64,000 bases of DNA, from assembly GCA_016223165.1 (NCBI GenBank), contig JACRPO010000021.1, forward strand, positions 56,286 through 120,285, given 5' to 3'. Of the stretch, positions 1 to 9,046 are shown one piece after another. This DNA comes from Burkholderiales bacterium (lineage in GTDB: Bacteria; Pseudomonadota; Gammaproteobacteria; Burkholderiales; Burkholderiaceae_C). Within the stretch, counting starts at the first letter, position 1, and each line of letters starts with the position of its first letter. The position numbers and the translations under genes were made by a program. The notes under the pieces were generated by a model. The model saw only the letters and a program-made list of their open reading frames with translations. It was not told the DNA's origin and did not search any database.

Positions 1-23
1 AAGACGAAAGAGGGCGACGAGGC

Positions 24-512
24 ATGGCAGACACCTCCGGGACGTCCGGCACCGCCGGGACGATGGGCCGTCCGGACCGCGCGACGGCCGGGCACGCGCG
101 CACGACTGCACGGCCGGGCACGATGCGCCTGATCGACGCCCTCGGCTACCGCCTGCCGGTGGCCGGCGTGGTCTCCATCCTTCACCGCGCCAGCGGCGTG
201 CTGATGTTCTTGCTGCTGCCCTTCGTCGTGTGGCTGTTCGACGTGTCGCTCAGTTCCGAGCCCAGCTACGACCGCTTCACGGCCGCCTATGCAGCGGGTA
301 TCGGCGCGATCCCGGCCTGGCTGGTGAAGCTCGTGACGCTGGCATTGATCTGGGCCTACCTGCACCACGCCATCGCCGGGGTGCGCCACCTGTGGATGGA
401 CGCCACGCACAGCGTGACCCTGGAACAGGGGCGCACATCGGCGATCGTGACGCTGGCCCTCAGCATCGGCCTGACGCTGATCCTGATGGGCAAGCTCTTC
501 GGCTGGTATTGA
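24..512 (+). CDS. sdhC: Succinate dehydrogenase cytochrome b556 subunit
   Basis: YRLPVAGVVSILHRASG motif, three hydrophobic helices, heme-ligand His in YLHHAIAGVRHL; first gene of the sdhCDAB block. Confidence 0.93.
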   Translation: MADTSGTSGTAGTMGRPDRATAGHARTTARPGTMRLIDALGYRLPVAGVVSILHRASGVLMFLLLPFVVWLFDVSLSSEPSYDRFTAAYAAGIGAIPAWLVKLVTLALIWAYLHHAIAGVRHLWMDATHSVTLEQGRTSAIVTLALSIGLTLILMGKLFGWY

Positions 513-523
513 GCAAGAACCGG

Positions 524-548
524 GCGACAACCGAGCGACAACCGAGCG
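524..548 (+). repeat. 11-bp tandem repeat (GCGACAACCGA)x2 + GCG in the sdhC-sdhD spacer
   Basis: Exact copies at 524-534 and 535-545. Confidence 0.85.
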
Positions 549-559
549 GAGGGCAGGCG

Positions 560-925
560 ATGTCGGTCAACTACGGATCCAAACGCGTCGTCGTCGGCGC
601 GCATTACGGCCTGCGCGACTGGCTCAGCCAGCGCGTCACCGCGGCGCTGATGGCGCTGTTCACCCTGGCCCTGCTGGTGCAGGTGGCGTGGCCCGGGAGG
701 CGGCTCGGCTACGACCTCTGGGCGGGCATCTTCGCCGCGCAGTGGATGAAGGTACTCACCTTCGCGGTCATCGTCGCACTCGGCTGGCATGCCTGGGTCG
801 GCATGCGCGACGTCTTGATGGACTACGTCAAGCCGGTCGGCGTGCGCCTCGTGCTGCAGGTGGCGACGATCGTCTGGTTCGTGGGCAACATGGGCTGGAT
901 GGTGCAGGTGCTGTGGAGACTATGA
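560..925 (+). CDS. sdhD: Succinate dehydrogenase hydrophobic membrane anchor subunit (121 aa)
   Basis: True start is ATG at 560 (MSVNYGSKRVVVGAHYGLRDWLSQRVTA), inside the longer 230..925 ORF; WHAWVGMRDVLMDY motif; GGAGG upstream; lies between sdhC and sdhA. Confidence 0.93.
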   Translation: MSVNYGSKRVVVGAHYGLRDWLSQRVTAALMALFTLALLVQVAWPGRRLGYDLWAGIFAAQWMKVLTFAVIVALGWHAWVGMRDVLMDYVKPVGVRLVLQVATIVWFVGNMGWMVQVLWRL

Positions 926-985
926 CCCCCGCGAAGCGGCCTTCCCGGCCCACGTCCGGCCACTGATCAGACCCGAGAACAAAAG

Positions 986-2815
986 ATGGCAAGTACCCAG
1001 TCTCTTCCCCGGCGCCGCTTCGACGTCGTCGTCGTCGGTGCCGGCGGTTCGGGCATGCGCGCTTCGCTGCAGCTGTCGCTGGCCGGCCTGAACGTGGCCG
1101 TGCTGTCCAAGGTCTTCCCGACGCGCAGCCACACCGTGGCCGCGCAGGGCGGCATCGGCGCCAGCCTTGGCAACATGGCCGAGGACAACTGGCACTACCA
1201 CTTCTACGACACCGTGAAGGGTTCCGACTGGCTCGGCGACCAGGACGCCATCGAGTTCATGTGCCGCGAGGCCGGCAAGGTCGTCTACGAGCTCGAGCAC
1301 ATGGGCATGCCGTTCGACCGCAACCCCGACGGCACGATCTACCAGCGCCCCTTCGGCGGCCACACCGCCAACTACGGCGAGAAGCCGGTGCAGCGCGCCT
1401 GCGCCGCCGCCGACCGCACCGGCCACGCCATGCTGCACACGCTGTACCAGCAGAACGTGCGCGCCAGGACCAACTTCTTCGTCGAGTGGATGGCGCTGGA
1501 CCTCATTCGCGACAGCGAGGGCGACGTGCTCGGCGTCACCGCGCTCGAGATGGAGACCGGCGAGGTCTATGTGCTCGAGGCGAAGACGACCCTCTTCGCC
1601 ACCGGCGGCGCCGGGCGCATCTACGCGGCCAGCACCAACGCCTTCATCAACACCGGCGACGGCCTCGGCATGGCGGCGCGCGCCGGCATCCCGCTGGAAG
1701 ACATGGAGTTCTGGCAGTTCCACCCCACCGGCGTGCACAACGCCGGCGTGCTGCTCACCGAGGGCTGCCGCGGCGAGGGCGCCATCCTGCGCAACAGCAA
1801 CGGCGAGCGCTTCATGGAGCGCTACGCGCCGACGCTGAAGGACCTGGCGCCGCGCGACTTCGTCAGCCGCTGCATGGACCAGGAGATCAAGGAAGGGCGC
1901 GGCTGCGGTCCGAACAAGGACTACATCCAGCTCGACATGACGCACCTGGGCGCCGACACGATCCTGAAGCGCCTGCCCAGCGTCTTCGAGATCGGCCACA
2001 ACTTCGCCAACGTCGACATCACCAAAGAGCCGATCCCGGTGGTGCCGACCCTGCACTACCAGATGGGTGGCATCCCGACCAACATCTTCGGCCAGGTGGT
2101 GGTGCCCAAGGCGGCCAGCACGGGCGGCGTGCACAACGAGGTCATCAACGGCTTCTACGCCGTGGGCGAATGTTCCTGCGTCAGCGTGCACGGCGCCAAC
2201 CGCCTGGGCACGAACTCGCTGCTCGACCTGCTCGTCTTCGGCAAGAGCGCGGGCGACCACATCGTCGCATCGCTGAAGGGCGGCGCGGGCGCGGCGAAGG
2301 CGCACAAGCCGCTGCCGGCCGACGCCGCCGAGCGCTCGCTCGCGCGCCTGGCGCGGCTCGATGGCAGCACAGGCGGCGAGTACGCGCAGGACGTCGCCAA
2401 CGACATCCGCAACACGATGCAGCAGCATGCCGGTGTCTTCCGCACGCAGGCCAGCATGGACGAGGGCGTGGCGAAGGTGGGCGCGCTGCGCGAACGCGTG
2501 CTCGGCGTCACCCTCAAGGACAAGAGCCAGGTCTTCAACACCGCCCGCATCGAGGCGCTCGAGGTCGAGAACCTCATCGAGACGGCGCAGGCCACGATGA
2601 CGAGCGCCGCCGCACGCAAGGAGTGCCGCGGCGCGCACACGGTGCAGGACTACGAGCGCGGCGCCGACGATGCGCAGACGCCGCTCGGCCGCAACGACCG
2701 CGATTGGTTGAAGCACTCGCTGTGGTACAGCGAGGGCAACCGCCTGGCCTACAAGCCGGTGAACCTGAAGCCGCTGTCCGTCGAATCGATCCCGCCCAAG
2801 GTGCGGACCTTCTGA
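986..2815 (+). CDS. sdhA: Succinate dehydrogenase flavoprotein subunit
   Basis: GAGGSG Rossmann motif, covalent-FAD motif TRSHTVAAQGG, QFHPT, EGCRGEG, HGANRLGTNSL, ECRGAH. Confidence 0.98.
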   Translation: MASTQSLPRRRFDVVVVGAGGSGMRASLQLSLAGLNVAVLSKVFPTRSHTVAAQGGIGASLGNMAEDNWHYHFYDTVKGSDWLGDQDAIEFMCREAGKVVYELEHMGMPFDRNPDGTIYQRPFGGHTANYGEKPVQRACAAADRTGHAMLHTLYQQNVRARTNFFVEWMALDLIRDSEGDVLGVTALEMETGEVYVLEAKTTLFATGGAGRIYAASTNAFINTGDGLGMAARAGIPLEDMEFWQFHPTGVHNAGVLLTEGCRGEGAILRNSNGERFMERYAPTLKDLAPRDFVSRCMDQEIKEGRGCGPNKDYIQLDMTHLGADTILKRLPSVFEIGHNFANVDITKEPIPVVPTLHYQMGGIPTNIFGQVVVPKAASTGGVHNEVINGFYAVGECSCVSVHGANRLGTNSLLDLLVFGKSAGDHIVASLKGGAGAAKAHKPLPADAAERSLARLARLDGSTGGEYAQDVANDIRNTMQQHAGVFRTQASMDEGVAKVGALRERVLGVTLKDKSQVFNTARIEALEVENLIETAQATMTSAAARKECRGAHTVQDYERGADDAQTPLGRNDRDWLKHSLWYSEGNRLAYKPVNLKPLSVESIPPKVRTF

Positions 2816-2826
2816 GCACCACCGCC

Positions 2827-3531
2827 ATGACCGCACGCACCTTCCAGATCTACCGCTTCGACCCCGACCAGGACGAGAAGCCGCGCATGCAGAGCTACAC
2901 CGTCGAGCTCGACGGTTCCGAGCGCATGCTGCTCGACGCGCTGATGAAGCTGAAGGCGCAGGACCCGAGCCTGAGCTTCCGCCGCAGCTGCCGCGAGGGC
3001 GTGTGCGGCAGCGATGCGATGAACATCAACGGCAAGAACGGCCTCGCCTGCCTGACGAACCTGCGCACGCTGCCGGACACCATCGTGCTCAAGCCGCTGC
3101 CGGGGCTGCCGGTGATCCGCGACCTGATCGTCGACATGACGCTGTTCTTCAAGCAGTACCACAGCATCAAGCCCTACCTCCTCAACGAGACGCTGCCGCC
3201 CGAGAAGGAACGCCTGCAGTCGCCCGAGGAGCGCGACGAGCTGAACGGCCTGTACGAATGCATCCTGTGCGCCAGTTGCAGCACCAGCTGCCCGAGCTTC
3301 TGGTGGAACCCGGACAAGTTCGTCGGCCCGGCCGGCCTGCTGCAGGCCTACCGCTTCATCGCCGACAGCCGCGACGAGGCCACCGCCGAGCGGCTGGACA
3401 ACCTCGAAGATCCGTACCGGCTCTTCCGCTGCCACACGATCATGAACTGCGTCGACGTCTGCCCGAAGGGGCTGAATCCGACCAGGGCCATCGGCAAGAT
3501 CAAGGAACTGATGGTCCGCCGTGCGGTGTGA
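2827..3531 (+). CDS. sdhB: Succinate dehydrogenase iron-sulfur subunit (234 aa)
   Basis: Start ATG at 2827 (MTARTFQIYRFDPD), the C-terminal part of the 1261..3531 ORF; Fe-S motifs SCREGVCGSD, CILCASCSTSCP, CHTIMNCVDVCP. Confidence 0.97.
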   Translation: MTARTFQIYRFDPDQDEKPRMQSYTVELDGSERMLLDALMKLKAQDPSLSFRRSCREGVCGSDAMNINGKNGLACLTNLRTLPDTIVLKPLPGLPVIRDLIVDMTLFFKQYHSIKPYLLNETLPPEKERLQSPEERDELNGLYECILCASCSTSCPSFWWNPDKFVGPAGLLQAYRFIADSRDEATAERLDNLEDPYRLFRCHTIMNCVDVCPKGLNPTRAIGKIKELMVRRAV

Positions 3532-3541
3532 GGCCAGCGCC

Positions 3542-3829
3542 ATGCCCGAACGACTTGACGAGCGCTCGCTGTCCCGGCTGAAGTGGCGCTGCCGCCGCGG
3601 GCTGCTGGAGAACGACCTCTTCATCGAGCGCTTCTTCCGCCGCCACGAGGAAACGATCACGACGAGGCAGGCCGCGGGGCTCAACACCCTGATGGACCTG
3701 TCCGACAACGACCTGCTGGACCTGCTTCTCGTGCGCAGGGAACCGCAGGGGGAGACAGACACCCCCGAAGTGCGCGAGGTGCTGGCGCTGATGCGCCGCA
3801 AGCCGCTGCCCACCCCGACCACGAACTGA
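3542..3829 (+). CDS. sdhE: Succinate dehydrogenase assembly factor 2 (FAD assembly factor SdhE/YgfY)
   Basis: [15 protein letters not shown] (RGxxE) motif; about 95 aa from ATG 3542; conserved position between sdhB and gltA. Confidence 0.92.
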   Translation: MPERLDERSLSRLKWRCRRGLLENDLFIERFFRRHEETITTRQAAGLNTLMDLSDNDLLDLLLVRREPQGETDTPEVREVLALMRRKPLPTPTTN

Positions 3830-3842
3830 AGGAAGCCAAGCC

Positions 3843-5159
3843 GTGGCCATGACCCCCTCCGACGTGAAAGCCACGCTGTCGTTCAGCGACGGCAGCCCGA
3901 GCATCGACCTGCCCCTGTACAAGGGCAGCATCGGCCCCGACGTCATCGACATCCGCAAGCTCTACGGGCAGACCGGCAAGTTCACCTACGACCCGGGCTT
4001 CCTCAGCACCGCCAGCTGCAACTCGACCATCACCTACATCGACGGCGACAAGGGCGAGCTGCTGTACCGCGGCTACCCGATCGAGCAGCTCGCCGAGCAG
4101 TGCGACTTCCTGGAGGTCTGCCACCTGCTGATCTACGGCGACCTGCCCGACGCCGAGCACCGTGCCAAGTTCGTCAAGACCATCACCAACCACACGATGG
4201 TCAACGAGCAGATGCAGTTCTTCCTGCGCGGCTTCCGGCGCGACGCGCACCCGATGGCGGTGATGACGGGCCTGGTGGGCGCGCTGTCGGCCTTCTATCA
4301 CGACAGCACCGACGTGCAGAACCCGCGCCACCGCGAGATCGCCGCGCACCGGCTGATCGCCAAGATGCCCACGCTGGTGGCCATGGCCTACAAGTACGGC
4401 ATCGGCCAGCCCTACATCTACCCGAAGAACAGCCTCAGCTACAGCGCCAATTTCATGCGCATGATGTTCGCCACGCCGTGCGAGGAGTACGAGCCCAACG
4501 ACGTGCTCGTGCGCGCCATCGACCGCATCTTCATCCTGCACGCCGACCACGAACAGAACGCCAGCACCTCCACCGTGCGCCTGTGCGGCAGCTCGGGCAC
4601 GAACCCGTTCGCGGCCATCGCCGCCGGCGTGGCGTGCCTCTGGGGCCCGGCGCACGGCGGCGCCAACGAGGCGGCGCTGTCGATGCTCGAGGACATACAG
4701 CGCAACGGCGGCGTCGAGAAGATCGGCGAGTTCATCAAGCAGGTGAAGGACAAGAACAGCACGGTCAAGCTGATGGGCTTCGGCCACCGCGTCTACAAGA
4801 ACTACGACCCGCGGGCCAAGCTGATGCGCGAGACCTGCCACGAGGTGCTGGGGGCGCTCGGCCTCGGCAACGACCCGCTGTTCAAGCTGGCGATGGCGCT
4901 GGAGAAGATCGCGCTCGAGGACGAGTACTTCGTCGCGCGCAAGCTCTATCCGAACGTCGACTTCTATTCGGGCATCGTGCAGCGCGCCATCGGCATCCCG
5001 GTGAGCCTGTTCACCGCCATCTTCGCGCTCGCGCGCACGGTGGGCTGGATCGCGCAGCTCAACGAGATGATCGGCGATCCCGAGTACAAGATCGGCCGGC
5101 CGCGGCAGCTGTATGCCGGCTCGGCGCGGCGCGACGTGAAGGCGCTCGCGCAGCGCTGA
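3843..5159 (+). CDS. gltA: Citrate synthase (type II)
   Basis: [52 protein letters not shown] motifs; GTG start. Confidence 0.98.
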   Translation: MAMTPSDVKATLSFSDGSPSIDLPLYKGSIGPDVIDIRKLYGQTGKFTYDPGFLSTASCNSTITYIDGDKGELLYRGYPIEQLAEQCDFLEVCHLLIYGDLPDAEHRAKFVKTITNHTMVNEQMQFFLRGFRRDAHPMAVMTGLVGALSAFYHDSTDVQNPRHREIAAHRLIAKMPTLVAMAYKYGIGQPYIYPKNSLSYSANFMRMMFATPCEEYEPNDVLVRAIDRIFILHADHEQNASTSTVRLCGSSGTNPFAAIAAGVACLWGPAHGGANEAALSMLEDIQRNGGVEKIGEFIKQVKDKNSTVKLMGFGHRVYKNYDPRAKLMRETCHEVLGALGLGNDPLFKLAMALEKIALEDEYFVARKLYPNVDFYSGIVQRAIGIPVSLFTAIFALARTVGWIAQLNEMIGDPEYKIGRPRQLYAGSARRDVKALAQR

Positions 5160-5208
5160 ACCGCGCAGACCCATTCCGCGTGCAAACAGGCCCGAGGCGG
5201 CGTGCCGC

Positions 5209-6108
5209 ATGACGCTGCAGCGGCGCCGCCTGGTCGGCGCCGCGCTGCTTCGGGTGCCGGCGCTTTCGGCAGCGGCGCTCGCGGGCTGCACGCTCGCACC
5301 CGATGCCGATCACGACGGTGACGATGCGTCGCGCGCGCTGCCGCTTGCGCGCGCGGTGCGCACGGCCTGGGTCCTGAGCTCGGGCGGACCGCGTGGCTTC
5401 GCGCACGTGGGCGTGCTGCGCGCGCTCGACGAGCTCGGCCTGGTACCCGACCTCATCGTCGGTGCCTCGGTCGGTGCGCTGGTGGGCGGCCTGCGCGCGG
5501 CCGGCCGCAGCGCCGCCGACATCGAGTTCCTCGCCCTCACGCTCAACGTGCTGTCGGTGGCCCGGCTGGCCCTCGGCAGCGCCGAGCGCCTGAGCGGCGC
5601 GCCGGTGGCCGAACTGATGCGCGAGTGCGTGCCGCAGCAGCGCATCGAGCGCCTGCCGGTGGCGCTGGCCTGCGTCGCTGCGCGCCGGCGCGATGCCGTG
5701 GCCACGGCGTTCACGGCGGGCGACATCGGGCTGGCCGTGCAGGCCTCGGCCGCCATCGAGGGCCGGCTGACCCCGGTGCGCATCCGCGGCGAGGCCTATG
5801 TCGACGCCGACTGGGTGGCGCCGCTGCCGGTGCGCATCGCACGTGGCCTCGGCGCGGCGCGCGTGCTCGCCGTCGACGCGAGCGTGCACCTGGACCGCGC
5901 CCCCGCCGGCGCCGCGCGCTACCGCGAAGGGGACCTGAAGAAGGAAGCGCTGGTGGCCGCCGACGCGCGCCACGCCGACCTCGTCATCAAGCCCGACTTC
6001 GGCTACTGGGTCAGCTTCTCGCGTGACTTCCGCGAGCGCGCCATCGCCGCCGGCTACCGGGACACGATGGCGCAGGCGGAGCGGCTGCGCGCACTGCATC
6101 GCGGCTGA
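5209..6108 (+). CDS. Patatin-like phospholipase family protein, probable lipoprotein
   Basis: N-terminal RRR plus hydrophobic stretch and lipobox LAGC; oxyanion loop LSSGGPRGFAHVG; nucleophile GASVG; Asp motif YVDAD in place of DGG. Confidence 0.8.
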   Translation: MTLQRRRLVGAALLRVPALSAAALAGCTLAPDADHDGDDASRALPLARAVRTAWVLSSGGPRGFAHVGVLRALDELGLVPDLIVGASVGALVGGLRAAGRSAADIEFLALTLNVLSVARLALGSAERLSGAPVAELMRECVPQQRIERLPVALACVAARRRDAVATAFTAGDIGLAVQASAAIEGRLTPVRIRGEAYVDADWVAPLPVRIARGLGAARVLAVDASVHLDRAPAGAARYREGDLKKEALVAADARHADLVIKPDFGYWVSFSRDFRERAIAAGYRDTMAQAERLRALHRG

Positions 6109-6160
6109 GCGCACTGCTGCGTCGGCGGATCGGCTGCGCACGCGAAGAGCGCCGAGCCCA

Positions 6161-6859
6161 TCAGGCCCCTGCTGCCGGCACCACCTGCGCCTGCCCCGGC
6201 ATCACCGGCAGCCTGCCTGCGGCGCGCAGCGCTTCCCACTCGGCCTGCAGGGCGGCGTCGCTCCTGTAGTGCGGCACTCGAAGGACGAGGCGCTTGCAGC
6301 GCGTGACGAACGCGTTCGTGCCGGCCACCTCGGCGTTCCAGTAGTGGTGCGCGCGCCGCAGGTTGAGCTCGGTGTCCACCTCGAAGTGGTCGCGCGACGT
6401 CTGGCCGCCGAAGACGTACAGCTTGCCGCGATAGATGCGCCAGGTGTTCGGCCCGCCGCCGCCGCCCCAGGGAACGGCGTAGTTGATGCCGTTGCTGCAG
6501 AAGCCGCCGAACTGCGGCATGTACTTCTTCGGGTCGCGCTCGAACTGCGCCTTGTGGGCTGCACTCGCGAAGCGCCATGTCACGCCGTGCAGGCTGGAGG
6601 TCATTGCCGGGTCGCCGGGCACGGCGGCGTTGCGCGTGAAGTAGGCGACCGCGTCGTGGCCCTCGAGCATCACCCCCGCCGGCACGCCACCCGTGCCGGT
6701 GCGGAAGGGCCCGTCGTTGGGGCTGTCGGGCTGCGCCGGCGCGTCGGGCGCCACGGGCGGAGCGCCGCAGGACGAAAGCGCCAGCGAGCCCGTCGCGGCG
6801 CCGATCAGCCCCAAGGCGCCGAGGCGCAGTGTCTGTCGCCGGCGCCCATCGACGGTCAT
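6161..6859 (-). CDS. YHS-domain lipoprotein (232 aa)
   Basis: Real start ATG at 6859 (MTVDGRRRQTLRLGALG...LALSSC), the C-terminal part of ORF 6161..8080; EGHDAVAYF, GVTWRFASAAHKAQFERDPKKYMPQFGGFCSNG and WRIYRGKLY match the periplasmic YHS family. Confidence 0.8.
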   Translation of the reverse strand: MTVDGRRRQTLRLGALGLIGAATGSLALSSCGAPPVAPDAPAQPDSPNDGPFRTGTGGVPAGVMLEGHDAVAYFTRNAAVPGDPAMTSSLHGVTWRFASAAHKAQFERDPKKYMPQFGGFCSNGINYAVPWGGGGGPNTWRIYRGKLYVFGGQTSRDHFEVDTELNLRRAHHYWNAEVAGTNAFVTRCKRLVLRVPHYRSDAALQAEWEALRAAGRLPVMPGQAQVVPAAGA

Positions 6860-6888
6860 CGGGTCGGCCCGGTCGGATGCTGCTCGGT

Positions 6889-8262
6889 TCAATCGAGATC
6901 CTTGGCCAGCCGCACGCCGCTGAACTGCCAGCGCGTCTCGGCGGGGAAGAAATTGCGATAGCTCGCGCGCATGTGCTCGCGCGGCGTTGCGCACGAGCCG
7001 CCGCGCAGCACGTACTGGTTGATCATGAACTTGCCGTTGTACTCGCCCACCGCGCCGGCCCAGGGACGGAAGCCCGGATAGCCCTGGTAGGACGACGTCG
7101 TCCACTCCCAGACGTCGCCGAAGAGCTGCATCGGCGCGCCGGGCGGCATGCGCCGCAGGGGCATCGGGTGCAGCGCTTCGCTGTCGACGAAGTTGCCCTC
7201 GGCCAGTGCGGCCGCCTCGTCGGCCTGCGCGGCATGCTCCCACTCGGCCTCGCTGGGCAGGCGCACCGGCTCGCCGCTCACGGCGGCGCGCCAGCGCGCG
7301 TAGGCATCGGCCTCGTACAGGCTCACGTGCACGACCGGCGTGTGCGGGTCGACCGGCACCTCGCCGTGCAGCGTGAAGTTCACCCAGCCGCGGCGGCCGC
7401 TGTCGTCGGTTCGCCGGCGCCAGTACATCGGGGCTTCGATGCGCTGCTGGCGCAGCCAGTCCCAGCCGGCCGCGAGCCACCAGCGCGGCTCGGCGTAGCC
7501 GCCGGCCTCGATGAACTCGCGCCACTCGCCGTGCGTGACCAGGCGGTTGCCGAGCGCATGGGGCCGCAGCTGCACGGCATGGCGCGGCGCTTCGTTGTCG
7601 AAGGCGAAACCTTCGCCGCCATGCCCGATCTCGACCGGGCCGCCATCGAAAGAGCACCAGCCGTGCGCCACCGGTGCCACCGCGGCCAGCGGCCACGCCG
7701 GCCGGTAGACCGGCGCCAGCGGACTGCAGCCGAGCAGGTGCTTGAGGTCGGTGAGGATCAGTTCCTGGTGCTGCTGCTCGTGCTGCAGGCCGAGCTCGAC
7801 GAGGGTGGCGATCGGGTCGCGGTGCGGCCCGGCCTGGCCGGCGTCGCCGGCCTCGAGCAATGCCGCCATGCGCTCGTCCACCGCGGCGCGGTAGGCCTTC
7901 ACTTCGGCGAGCCCGGGCCGCGTGACCAGGCCCCGCTGCGGCCTGGGATGCTGCTCGCCCACGCCGTGGTAGTAGCTGTTGAAGAGCACGCGGAAGGCCG
8001 GGTGATGCGGCCGGAAGCCGGCTTCGAATCGCTCGAGCACGAAGGTCTCGAAGAACCACGTGACATGCGCCAGGTGCCACTTCGTCGGGCTGGCGTCGGG
8101 CATCGACTGCACCTGGCAGTCGGCCTCGGAGAGCGGCGCCGCCAGCGCCATCGTCTGCGCACGCACGCGCGCGTAGCGCTCGGCGAGCGGCGTGGCGGCG
8201 GCACGGTGGGCCTGTGCGGCGGGTGCATGCGGTGCGGCCGGCGGGCGCGGGGCCTGCTTCAT
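6889..8262 (-). CDS. egtB: Ergothioneine-biosynthesis sulfoxide synthase EgtB (DinB_2 + FGE-sulfatase domains)
   Basis: QSMPDASPTKWHLAHVTWFFETF, FNSYY, RPQR, Fe ligands HEQQHQE, GDVWEWT, GEYNGKFM, LRGGSC, RASYRNFF; AGGAG RBS upstream. Confidence 0.9.
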   Translation of the reverse strand: MKQAPRPPAAPHAPAAQAHRAAATPLAERYARVRAQTMALAAPLSEADCQVQSMPDASPTKWHLAHVTWFFETFVLERFEAGFRPHHPAFRVLFNSYYHGVGEQHPRPQRGLVTRPGLAEVKAYRAAVDERMAALLEAGDAGQAGPHRDPIATLVELGLQHEQQHQELILTDLKHLLGCSPLAPVYRPAWPLAAVAPVAHGWCSFDGGPVEIGHGGEGFAFDNEAPRHAVQLRPHALGNRLVTHGEWREFIEAGGYAEPRWWLAAGWDWLRQQRIEAPMYWRRRTDDSGRRGWVNFTLHGEVPVDPHTPVVHVSLYEADAYARWRAAVSGEPVRLPSEAEWEHAAQADEAAALAEGNFVDSEALHPMPLRRMPPGAPMQLFGDVWEWTTSSYQGYPGFRPWAGAVGEYNGKFMINQYVLRGGSCATPREHMRASYRNFFPAETRWQFSGVRLAKDLD

Positions 8263-8296
8263 CGCGGCATCTCCTGCGGTGCGCCGTGGCGCTCTG

Positions 8297-8920
8297 TCAG
8301 GCGCGCCGGCGGCCGCGCGCGATGTAGCCCATGCCCCACTGCGTGCTCCAGCGCTCGAATCCGTCGCAACGCGGCGCGATCAGGTCCCAGGGCATCCAGA
8401 GGTCGGCAGGGCGCGCGTTGTAGGGCCGGTTCTTCAGCCAGGCCAGCAGGTTGAGCGGCCCCGTCCACCAGGGAAAGAACTTCATGCCGGCGATGGCCAG
8501 CCGGGCGCCGGGCTTCAACTGGCGCAGCAGGTTGTCCACCGCCTGCGGCGTGCGGGTGATGTCGTGCACGTAGTTGAAGAGCGCCGCGTCGGCCGCCTGC
8601 GGCAACTGCACGTCCTCGGCGCGGGCCTCGCGCAGCCAGACGCGCTCCTGCCAGCCCTCGCGCGCCACGCGCGCGCGTGCCTGCTCGAACATTTCCGGGC
8701 TCTGTTCGAAGGCGAGCACGCGCCCGCGCTCGCCCACCGCCGCCAGCAGCGGCGCAAAGCTCAGGCCCGTGCCGGCGCCGACATCGAGCACAACGTCGCC
8801 CGGCTGCAGCGCGAGCAGCGCGATCGTGCGCCGCCGCAGCGGCATCGTGAACTCGGCCGAGGCGTCGTAGCCAGCGGCGCGGCGGCGGTAACGCTCGATG
8901 GAGAGTTGATTGGGCGTCAT
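8297..8920 (-). CDS. Class I SAM-dependent methyltransferase (207 aa, stand-alone)
   Basis: Motif I VLDVGAGTG, acidic residue after strand 2 (LAFEQS), LKPGARL post-II motif. Confidence 0.85.
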   Translation of the reverse strand: MTPNQLSIERYRRRAAGYDASAEFTMPLRRRTIALLALQPGDVVLDVGAGTGLSFAPLLAAVGERGRVLAFEQSPEMFEQARARVAREGWQERVWLREARAEDVQLPQAADAALFNYVHDITRTPQAVDNLLRQLKPGARLAIAGMKFFPWWTGPLNLLAWLKNRPYNARPADLWMPWDLIAPRCDGFERWSTQWGMGYIARGRRRA

Positions 8921-9046
8921 GACGCGCAGGATCTGTCGGGCACGGCGGCGACACCTTACACCGATCTCTTGACGGTCTCGCGGCAGCCGCCGGGCGCCGC
9001 CGTCGCGCCCAGGGTTTCGGCGCGGAAGGAGTGCAGGGCGCAGGGG

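Noticed and set aside
524-548. Regulatory role for the 11-bp tandem repeat between sdhC and sdhD
   Set aside because: Only two copies, no recognisable operator symmetry; most simply a slippage duplication.
1261-3531. 756-aa ORF that looks like an extended or fused SdhB; likewise 230..925 and 6161..8080
   Set aside because: Only the C-terminal parts are real (SdhB from 2827, SdhD from 560, YHS from 6859); the rest overlaps neighbouring genes in another frame.
6889-8262. Calling the sulfoxide synthase selenoneine synthase SenA or ovothiol synthase OvoA
   Set aside because: No senB/selD neighbours and no C-terminal MT domain; the motifs fit ordinary EgtB.
8297-8920. Calling the methyltransferase EgtD
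   Set aside because: Too short, and no EgtD-like sequence is recognisable; only generic class I MT motifs are present.
8921-9046. Possible sigma70 promoter for the MT-egtB-YHS genes (TAAGGT-like -10 on the minus strand)
   Set aside because: Weak match with no convincing -35 at proper spacing; not supportable without transcript data.
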